A stretch of DNA of 124,000 nucleotides from Hyalangium minutum (GTDB taxonomy: Bacteria; Myxococcota; Myxococcia; Myxococcales; Myxococcaceae), in assembly GCF_000737315.1 (NCBI RefSeq), contig NZ_JMCB01000006.1, forward strand, positions 144,001 through 268,000. Direction: 5' to 3'. The notes under the pieces were generated by a model, which made no database searches, had not been told where the DNA came from, and worked only from the letters and a program-made list of their open reading frames with translations. Positions 116,729 to 124,000 of this stretch are shown in pieces. Each line of letters opens with the position of its first letter. Within the stretch, counting starts at the first letter, position 1. The position numbers and the translations under genes were made by a program.

Positions 116729-119700
116729 ATGAGCCCCCCGTTCGAGGACGACCTGGGTCCATCAGGCGAGTTGGAGTGGGCTCGGCTGAAGCGGCAGGTG
116801 GAACTGGCCGAGGGATTCTGGCTCGGTTTCATCTTCGCCCCGAGCGCAAGGGCCACGGCGGCACTACGTCAGAGAACGGAGCGGTTACTTCGGGGACGAA
116901 CGCGCTCGCTCAGCTACTTTGCCCCGGCAGGCTCAGACGAGTTGCCGACAGTGCTGGCTTCACTACTCTCCAAGCCCGAGCATGCATCGGCTGGCGCGTG
117001 CTGGATCGAGGCATTGCAGGAGGATCCAGGGGATGGGTCCGCTCAGCCATGGCACGACTCCTGGCTGGAGTTGGTATCACGCATGAACGAGCGCCGGGAT
117101 GCCATTCGGCGGCACCTCGGCGGCGGACTCATCCTGGTGTCGTCTCCACGGATGAAGCCGCTGTTTCGCGAAGCTGCCTCTGATCTATGGGCGATCAGGG
117201 CGCTGGTCATCGAGTTCCAGCCCGGAGAGCAGCTCGCTCATGAATCACATGAGCCCAGGCACTCACTTTGGGAGTCTCAAACGCCGCCCGAGTGGACACT
117301 GGCGACGAAGGACCTCGCTTACATCCTGGCAGAGACGGGGAGGCTTTTAGCCAAGCCACATGCACGTGAGACGCCCCAGGCGATCGATGTCCTAGTACGG
117401 AGAGCTGCTGCTTTGACCGCCGCAGGCGAGACGGGAGAGGCCCTACAAGACGCGCGGCAAGCCATGAACCTCTTGCGACGCCATCAAGGCCGTGTTTCCA
117501 CACAACAACAGGTGGCTGTGCTGGAAACGCTCGCGCGAGCCGAAAAGGCCCATGGAGACCTGGATGCCGCTGCAGATCATTTCAGCAGAGCTGCGAAGTT
117601 CCTGAAGCCAGCGAGCAACAGGCATCGACTTCTGTTGCTTGACGAAGTCGCGAGCATCTCGCGTGAGCGAGGAGATCTCAGCCTCGCGAGTGACACATAC
117701 ACCGAGGCCCTCGCCCTCAGCCGCCAGCTGCGCTCCTCCCTCGGCGATTCCCCCACTGCCTTGCGCGACCTCTCCGTCTCTCTCGAAAGGATGGGAGACG
117801 TGCGCCTCGACCTCGGCGACCTGAACGCTGCGGCTGCTGCCTACGAAGAATCCCTCGCCCTCAGACGCCAGCTGCGCTCCTCCCTCGGCGATTCCCCCAC
117901 TGCTTTGCGCGACCTCTCTGTCTCTCTCAATAAAGTGGGCGATGTGCGCCGCGACCTTAGCGACCTGAACGCTTCGGCCGCCGCCTACGAAGAATCCCTC
118001 GCCCTCAGACGCCAGTTGCGCTCCTCCCTCGGCGATTCCCCCACTGCCCTGCGCGACCTCTCCGTTTCTCTCACCAAGATGGGAGACGTGCGCCGCGACC
118101 TCGGCGACCTGAATGCTGCGGCCGCCGCTTACGAAGAATCCCTCGCCCTCTGCCGTCAACTGCGCTCCTCCCTCGGCGATTCCCCCGCTGCCCTGCGCGA
118201 CCTCTCCGTCTCTCTTACCAAGATGGGAGACGCTCGCCGCGACCTCGGCGACCTGAATGTTGCGGCCGCCGCCTACGAAGAATCCCTCGCCCTCAGTCGC
118301 CACCTGCGCTCCTCCCTCAGCGATTCCCCCACTGCTCTGCGCGATCTCTCCATCTCTCTCAATGGAGTGGGAGACGTGCGCCGCGACCTCGGCGACCTGA
118401 ACGCTGCGGCCGCCGCTTACGAAGAATCCCTCGCCCTCTGCCGCCAGCTGCGCTCCTCCCTCGGCGATTCCCCCACTGCCTTGCGCGACCTCTCCGTCTC
118501 TCTCACCAGGGTGGGAGACGTGCGCCGCGACCTCGGCGACCTGAATGCTGCGACCGCGGCCTACGAGGAATTCCTCGCCCTCTGCCGCCAGCTGCGCTCC
118601 TCCCTCGGCGATTCCCCCGCTGCCCTGCGCGACCTCTCCGTCTCTCTCGAAAAGGTGGGCGACGCGCGCCTCGACCTCGGCGACCTGAACGCTGCGGCTG
118701 CTGCCTACGAAGAATCCCTCGCCCTCAGACGCCAGCTGCGCTCCTCCCTCGGCGATTCCCCCACTGCTTTGCGCGACCTCTCTGTCTCTCTCAATAAAGT
118801 GGGCGATGTGCGCCGCGACCTTAGCGACCTGAACGCTTCGGCCGCCGCTTACGAAGAATCCCTCGCCCTCTGCCGCCAGCTGCGCTCCTCCCTCGGCGAT
118901 TCCCCCGCTGCCCTGCGCGACCTCTCCGTTTCTCTCACCAAGATGGGAGACGTGCGCCGCGACCTCGGCGACCTGAATGCTGCGGCCGCCGCTTACGAAG
119001 AATCCCTCGCCCTCTGCCGCCAACTGCGCTCCTCCCTCGGCGATTCCCCCACTGCCTTACGCAACCTCTCCGTCTCTCTCACCAAGATGGGAGACGTGCG
119101 CCGCGACCTCGGCGACCTGAACGCTGCGGCTGCTGCCTACGAAGAATCCCTCGCCCTCTGCCGCCAGTTGCGTTCCTCCCTTGGCGATTCCCCCACTGCC
119201 TTGCGCGACCTCTCTGTCTCTCTCAATAAAGTGGGCGATGTGCGCCGCGACCTTAGCGACTTGAACGCTGCGGCCGCCGCCCACGAAGAATCCCTCGCCC
119301 TCAGACGCCAGTTGCGCTCCTCCCTCGGCGATTCCCCCACTGCCTTGCGCGACCTCTCCGTTTCTCTCACCAAGATGGGAGACGTGCGCCGCGACCTCGG
119401 CGACCTGAATGCTGCGGCCGCCGCTTACGAAGAAGCCCTCGCCCTCTGCCGTCAACTGCGCTCCTCCCTCGGCGATTCCCTCGCTGTCCTGCGCGACCTC
119501 TCCGTCTCTCTTACCAAGATGGGAGACGCTCGCCGCGACCTCGGCGACCTGAATGTTGCGGCCGCCGCCTACGAAGAATCCCTCGCCCTCAGTCGCCACC
119601 TGCGCTCCTCCCTCAGCGATTCCCTCACCGCTCTGCGCGATCTCTCCATCTCTTTCAATAGAGTGGGAGACGTGCGCCGCGACCTTAGCGACCTGAACGC

Positions 119701-120043
119701 TGCGGCCGCCGCTTACGAGGAATCCCTCGCCCTCTGCCGTCAGCTGCGCTCTTCCTGCGGCAATTCTCCCACCGCTCTGCGCGACCTCTCTGTCTCTCTT
119801 AACAAGGTGGGCGACGTGCGCCTTGACCTCGGCGACCTGAGCGCTGCGACTGCGGCCTTCGAGGAATCCCTCGCCCTCTGCCGTCAGCTGCGGTCCATCA
119901 TGGGCGACACTCCGGATATGCGCCACCTGCTTATCTACGTCCTCACCCAGCTAAGTGACACGCGGCAATCGATGGGAGAGGGGGAGGCCAGTCAGGCTGC
120001 TCTCCGCGAGGCCTCCTCGCTCAGGGCGTCTTCCGAGCAGTAA
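116729..120043 (+). CDS. TPR-like repeat protein with degenerate NTPase-like N-domain and 15 near-identical 48-aa repeats
   Basis: N-domain lacks a GxxxxGK but ends MNERRD..LILV..AASDLWAIRALVIEF; repeats LSVSLxxxGDVRRDLGDLNAAAAAYEESLAL.RQLRSSLGDSPTALRD. Confidence 0.88.
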   Translation: MSPPFEDDLGPSGELEWARLKRQVELAEGFWLGFIFAPSARATAALRQRTERLLRGRTRSLSYFAPAGSDELPTVLASLLSKPEHASAGACWIEALQEDPGDGSAQPWHDSWLELVSRMNERRDAIRRHLGGGLILVSSPRMKPLFREAASDLWAIRALVIEFQPGEQLAHESHEPRHSLWESQTPPEWTLATKDLAYILAETGRLLAKPHARETPQAIDVLVRRAAALTAAGETGEALQDARQAMNLLRRHQGRVSTQQQVAVLETLARAEKAHGDLDAAADHFSRAAKFLKPASNRHRLLLLDEVASISRERGDLSLASDTYTEALALSRQLRSSLGDSPTALRDLSVSLERMGDVRLDLGDLNAAAAAYEESLALRRQLRSSLGDSPTALRDLSVSLNKVGDVRRDLSDLNASAAAYEESLALRRQLRSSLGDSPTALRDLSVSLTKMGDVRRDLGDLNAAAAAYEESLALCRQLRSSLGDSPAALRDLSVSLTKMGDARRDLGDLNVAAAAYEESLALSRHLRSSLSDSPTALRDLSISLNGVGDVRRDLGDLNAAAAAYEESLALCRQLRSSLGDSPTALRDLSVSLTRVGDVRRDLGDLNAATAAYEEFLALCRQLRSSLGDSPAALRDLSVSLEKVGDARLDLGDLNAAAAAYEESLALRRQLRSSLGDSPTALRDLSVSLNKVGDVRRDLSDLNASAAAYEESLALCRQLRSSLGDSPAALRDLSVSLTKMGDVRRDLGDLNAAAAAYEESLALCRQLRSSLGDSPTALRNLSVSLTKMGDVRRDLGDLNAAAAAYEESLALCRQLRSSLGDSPTALRDLSVSLNKVGDVRRDLSDLNAAAAAHEESLALRRQLRSSLGDSPTALRDLSVSLTKMGDVRRDLGDLNAAAAAYEEALALCRQLRSSLGDSLAVLRDLSVSLTKMGDARRDLGDLNVAAAAYEESLALSRHLRSSLSDSLTALRDLSISFNRVGDVRRDLSDLNAAAAAYEESLALCRQLRSSCGNSPTALRDLSVSLNKVGDVRLDLGDLSAATAAFEESLALCRQLRSIMGDTPDMRHLLIYVLTQLSDTRQSMGEGEASQAALREASSLRASSEQ
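117770..119929 (+). repeat. 144-bp coding tandem repeat x15
   Basis: Counted from the translation; unit 1 begins ctctccgtctctctcgaa at 117770 and unit 15 ends cgccacctg at 119929. Confidence 0.92.
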
Positions 120044-120122
120044 TTCTCGCTCGCCCTGCCACTCGCTTGAGCAAAAATGTGGGGTAAATCGCTAGGGTCT
120101 CCTCAAATCGCCTTAACCCGCC

Positions 120123-121862
120123 CTACTCTTGGCGGCGGCGGCGCGCAGCGCCCAGGACCAGCACCAGCGTCAAGGCGCCTACTCCTGCCCCGGGCGAAGC
120201 TCCGCACCCGCAGCCCACCTCGAACACCGAAGGTGACGTCACTCCGCCGGTTGAGGACGCTGTCACATCGAAGCGGTTGGGCGTGGACTGTAGGCTGTAG
120301 GACCCCAGTTCCTCCGCCGAGGCCCACAGTTCATGTGCACCTTCGGCGAGATCCGCGGGCACGTCGTACACAAAGGCCCCCGTGCTGTCCGCTGTCACCT
120401 GCGCATACTCCGTCCCCTCCAGGAACAGATGAACGGAGACTCCCGGTTGCGCAGTGCCTTCGATGCGAGGCTTCCGCGCCACGCCCGTGGCACCATTCGC
120501 GGGCTGGGTCAGCACGGGCGCCGAGGGCACTCGGAAAGGCTGTGAGTACGTGGTCTCGGAACCGTAGGCGGCACCGGAATCGATCGTGCTCGGGCCCGCC
120601 CCAAAGGGGCCACCGGCCGCCGTCGACTGGCCGGGATAGCCCGCGACCACCGAGACCTTGCACGCGATGAACTCGCCCTGCAGCAGGACGACGCCACCGC
120701 CACCGCCTCCGCCAGGCCCCGATTCATTCGTCACGTTGCGGGTGTCTCCGCCCGCTCCGCCCGAGGCCTGCACGAGACCACACGTCAGCGTCCGCTCGGC
120801 GCGCAGGGAGATGGCACCGCCCGCACCTCCACCTCCCGCACCGTCATCGCCCGCGGAGGCTACATAGTCCGCGGAGGCGCCCATGGCGCTGAACCGGCCT
120901 GTCCCCACCACATCTCTCGCACGGATGAGAACCACCCCACCGCCCGCCGCCCCTGGAGTGCCTACATCCACATGGCCGCTTCCGCCCCCGCCTCCGCCTC
121001 CAAAGACGAGGCGCTCGTAGGGCAGATAGACCAGGGGAGCACCTCCCAGCCCTCCCACGTCATCCGGCTGCGGCAGCCGTCCGAGAGAGTACCCTCCCTG
121101 GCCTCCCGCCCCCGAGTGGCCTCCGCCTCCTCCGCCCGAGCTGTGGCAGTTGCCCGCCCCGCCCGCGTTGGCCAGGTTCCCCCGTCCCCCCGCGATACCG
121201 AAGCGCCCAGCCACCAGCCCCTCTCCTTTATAGGAGCTGCCCACCCCCGGAGCCTCATCGAGCGCCGTGCAACCTTCGCCTGCCAGGTGGTTGATGAACG
121301 CGCCGCCACGGAAGCCCGCGCCATCGGCGCCGATGAGCCCTCCATTGGTCAGCGTGCCCGTGGCCATCAGCGCCAGGATGCCACCCGCGCTCCCATTCCA
121401 GGGCACTGCCTTCAGCGAGCCGTCCTCGACCACCAAAACATCCGTGTACTCGGGCACGTTCACCACTTGGGCCGCGCTGGCCGCATAGCTCCTCTGCAGC
121501 GGCGCGGTCAGCCGCAGCGAGGCCTCTGTCGCCGCCTCCACCCGTGCGTATTCGAACCGTCCCACCGGACTGGCTTCGAGCGGGATGGCCGCTGCATCTC
121601 CCGAGGCCGGTGCGGGCAGCAGGCCCGTGGACTGATGCACGAGCACCAGCTCGCCCGCCTTGAAGGCTCCCGCGTTGGAGATCGTCAGCTCCTTCGTTCC
121701 AGCCGCCGCGTTCGCGGTGAGCGCTCCCACGTGGTTGATGACCCTGTTCGGGCTCAACACCTGCAACACGCCATCCCGGCCGGTACCGAGCCCGAAGGTG
121801 TCCGGCTCGGCCAGCGCACCACCCGCAAGGAGCCATCCAGCCAAGAAAAGGGGGATTCGCAT
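120123..121862 (-). CDS. AgmC-like Gly-rich surface protein with Ig-like domain and MYXO-CTERM-like anchor
   Basis: Signal peptide; GGGGG-rich repeats; APVLTQPANG Ig-like domain; C-terminal GCGCGAS-TM-RRRR. Confidence 0.8.
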   Translation of the reverse strand: MRIPLFLAGWLLAGGALAEPDTFGLGTGRDGVLQVLSPNRVINHVGALTANAAAGTKELTISNAGAFKAGELVLVHQSTGLLPAPASGDAAAIPLEASPVGRFEYARVEAATEASLRLTAPLQRSYAASAAQVVNVPEYTDVLVVEDGSLKAVPWNGSAGGILALMATGTLTNGGLIGADGAGFRGGAFINHLAGEGCTALDEAPGVGSSYKGEGLVAGRFGIAGGRGNLANAGGAGNCHSSGGGGGGHSGAGGQGGYSLGRLPQPDDVGGLGGAPLVYLPYERLVFGGGGGGGSGHVDVGTPGAAGGGVVLIRARDVVGTGRFSAMGASADYVASAGDDGAGGGGAGGAISLRAERTLTCGLVQASGGAGGDTRNVTNESGPGGGGGGGVVLLQGEFIACKVSVVAGYPGQSTAAGGPFGAGPSTIDSGAAYGSETTYSQPFRVPSAPVLTQPANGATGVARKPRIEGTAQPGVSVHLFLEGTEYAQVTADSTGAFVYDVPADLAEGAHELWASAEELGSYSLQSTPNRFDVTASSTGGVTSPSVFEVGCGCGASPGAGVGALTLVLVLGAARRRRQE

Positions 121863-121906
121863 GAGGCGATGGTGCCTCAGCGCACCGAGACCGGTCGAGT
121901 CTCTGC

Positions 121907-122443
121907 TCAGCCGACGCGCCGCACGATGAACTCGCAGTAGGGGGCCCCGTCGTGCATACACTGCTTCTCCTTCACGTCCGCGCGTTGCCCCAGCGCAAGA
122001 GCCAGCCCTCGCACGAGGCCGATGCCCATCCCGCACATCTTCCGGGGCGAGGCGTACACGACACGCACTGTGGAGGCATCCACGCGGTGGCAATCCAATC
122101 GGGACGGCTGGGCGTGCGGATCCTTGCGTACCTTCTCGTGGATGCGCTCGACGTTCTCGACCACTTCGAGGATGCCCCACCCGGGCTGGATGACTCCCCG
122201 GTAGATCTTCATGAGCCCGGGGACGATGAACTCACCGAAGTCCTCGAGTAGGAACCTCACGGAGCGCCCCATCACCCGCGAGGCCGCGTGGACGAGCGCT
122301 CCCACCTCTTCATCCGGGTAGCTCTGGAAGGCCAAGTAGATCCGCGAGGGGAGCTTCGCCTCTTTGACGAGCGTCTCCCAGCCCTGCTCGCCCATGCGCT
122401 CCTGCGCATAGGTGCGGAGCTGGTTGAAGATGATGCCGTGCAT
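121907..122443 (-). CDS. H-NOX (heme NO/O2-binding) protein
   Basis: MHGIIF N-terminus, SYPDEE, LEDFG, proximal His (IHEKV), YASPR = YxSxR motif. Confidence 0.85.
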   Translation of the reverse strand: MHGIIFNQLRTYAQERMGEQGWETLVKEAKLPSRIYLAFQSYPDEEVGALVHAASRVMGRSVRFLLEDFGEFIVPGLMKIYRGVIQPGWGILEVVENVERIHEKVRKDPHAQPSRLDCHRVDASTVRVVYASPRKMCGMGIGLVRGLALALGQRADVKEKQCMHDGAPYCEFIVRRVG

Positions 122444-122531
122444 ATGCCTGCCTTGTTCGACCCCGCAGGGTTCGAGGCGCGCCCTACCCGCTCACGCCTG
122501 CCCCATCTTCCCACGGGGCTCGGAGCAGCCG

Positions 122532-123032
122532 TCAGGCACTCTCTGTGAGGCTCTGGAGGGACCGCGCGTTCATAGGAGCGAAGAAGGGCTGGCGCAGCAG
122601 CCGGGACACCGAGCGCTTGTCCACGCACAGCAACTGGAGCGAGTCCGCCCACTCGCCGAGCACGGCGATGGCGCGCACGTCCGGCGCCTCGCGGTAGAGA
122701 TCATTCAGGTTGTGCACCAGCGCGCTCAGGTCCTCCACCTCCCAGCGCTCGGTGAGTTCGCCCACCAGCACGTGCAGTTCCAGCGTGCCGCGCTCGCGGA
122801 CATCCACGAGCTTGAAGCTCCGGGCCGCGCCGCCCATGGCCAGCGTGAGTGGACCGACGAGCTCATCCGGGCGGACGCCCAACGCCACCGAGAGGCCTCC
122901 GTGAAGCAGGCCCGCGTCACACAGGCGCAGGAGCGCCACGTGCGGAGGCTCGCCTGGGACGATGACCTCGGCGGCGGCCGAGCGGTCCTTCAAGAGGCGC
123001 TCTCGGGCGAGTGTGTCGATCTGGGAGGCCAT
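122532..123032 (-). CDS. Hypothetical protein
   Basis: Host-like codon bias; no motif recognised. Confidence 0.6.
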   Translation of the reverse strand: MASQIDTLARERLLKDRSAAAEVIVPGEPPHVALLRLCDAGLLHGGLSVALGVRPDELVGPLTLAMGGAARSFKLVDVRERGTLELHVLVGELTERWEVEDLSALVHNLNDLYREAPDVRAIAVLGEWADSLQLLCVDKRSVSRLLRQPFFAPMNARSLQSLTESA

Positions 123033-123210
123033 GGCACGCACCCTACCGCTCTCGCGCTCACAAGGGGGGCGCGACGAGCGTAGGAGCCTCCAGCAGCCGA
123101 CACACCCTGGCGGCGCAGGGCTCCGTGCTGCTCCAGGAATCCACCTCGGGGGTTCATCTCGACAGTTCATCGAGTCGAGTCGAGAATCCCTCCCAAGGAG
123201 CACTGAGGAC

Positions 123211-124000
123211 ATGGTGAAGCGGAGAGATGGCCGTTCTCAATCTCGATTCAGCGATCGACATGAGGATCTGCTGACAGCCGCCGAAGCGGCGGAGCTGCTG
123301 GGGGTGAAGCGGGCAACGCTCTACACCTATGTGAGCCGTGGGCTCGTGCGCTGTGTCCCCGAAGCGGGCACCAAGGAGAACCGCTACGTCCGCATGGACC
123401 TGGAGCGGCTGAAGACCCGGCATGATGCACGGGCGGGCCATGCGGCAGTGGCCTCGGCAGCCCTGCGCTGGGGTGAGCCGGTGATCGACTCCTCCATCTC
123501 CCGCATCAGCCCGGAGGGGCTGGAGTACCGCAAGCACCTGGCGGTGGAGCTGGCGGTGCAGGGATGTTCCTTCGAGCAGGTGGCGGAGCTGCTGTGGACG
123601 GGTGAGCTGCCCTCCGCACCCGTCCGCTGGCCCGCGCTGGAGCTGCCCTTCCCCCCTTCTTCGATCTTGGGGCTGCTGCCACGGGACGCTCCACCCCTCA
123701 CGGCCTTGTCAGCCCTGGTGCCACTGCTGGGAGCTTCGGACGCGGCGCGCTTCGCCTCACCCCCCGAGCAGGAGCGGCTGCGAGCCCGGCGTCTCTTGCG
123801 CCATCTGGGAGCCTGGGTGGGCGGAGTCCGAGGCGCCTCGCGAGTCGCCCAGGCGTTGAAGGAAGACACTGTGGCGGCCTCTCTGGCACGCGCGTGGGGC
123901 GTGGAGGTGAAGAAGGCAGCGGGGCCGCTGGACCGGGCGCTGGTGCTGTGCGCGGACCACGAGCTGAACGTGTCGGCCTTCACGGCGCGCGTGGTGGCCT
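123211..124000 (+). CDS. Citrate synthase-family protein with N-terminal excisionase-type HTH (runs off the window end; absent from the ORF track)
   Basis: My translation: MVKRRDG..LTAAEAAELLGVKRATLYTYVSRG..SSISRISPEGLEYR..SFEQVAELLW..ALVLCADHELNVSAFTARVVA. Confidence 0.85.
   Translation, partial: MVKRRDGRSQSRFSDRHEDLLTAAEAAELLGVKRATLYTYVSRGLVRCVPEAGTKENRYVRMDLERLKTRHDARAGHAAVASAALRWGEPVIDSSISRISPEGLEYRKHLAVELAVQGCSFEQVAELLWTGELPSAPVRWPALELPFPPSSILGLLPRDAPPLTALSALVPLLGASDAARFASPPEQERLRARRLLRHLGAWVGGVRGASRVAQALKEDTVAASLARAWGVEVKKAAGPLDRALVLCADHELNVSAFTARVVA

Noticed and set aside
117443-119926. Long minus-strand ORFs 117443-119023 and 119057-119926
   Set aside because: Antisense shadows of the repeat array; they inherit its periodicity
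117770-119929. 144-bp repeats as a CRISPR array or non-coding repeat
   Set aside because: The units are contiguous, in frame and coding, with no unique spacers and no cas genes nearby

Overview
High-GC (roughly 70% by eye) myxobacterial chromosome segment, Cystobacterineae-like (SitA6/SitI6 pair, MYXO-CTERM-like tail, AgmX/PglI-type domain). It holds about 96 real CDSs; most long ORF-track entries are antisense or frame shadows. I saw no rRNA, tRNA, CRISPR array, transposase or integrase. Housekeeping genes include three PPIases with pdxA, a PaoABC-like molybdoenzyme, maeA, glgX, carbonic anhydrase, an acyl-CoA dehydrogenase, peptidases and many two-component proteins. The items most worth following up are: (1) a compositionally distinct two-gene module, a P-loop ATPase plus a protein with a degenerate NTPase-like N-terminus and 15 near-identical 48-aa TPR-like repeats whose variation clusters on predicted ligand-facing positions (NLR-like architecture, 115386-120043); (2) an apparent eukaryote-style inositol-phosphoceramide operon (62696-68554) plus a DES1-like sphingolipid desaturase (97422-98471); (3) a lipoprotein toxin gene broken by a 4-bp TTTG duplication next to an intact candidate immunity gene; (4) a signal-less alpha-2-macroglobulin-like protein that keeps a CxEQ thioester motif; (5) an acyltransferase-cNMP fusion divergent from a five-gene phosphorelay cluster; (6) a candidate unannotated ~145-nt sRNA between the convergent glgX and carbonic anhydrase genes. 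Family calls come from motif recognition only; no database searches were run. Start codons were re-picked by eye.
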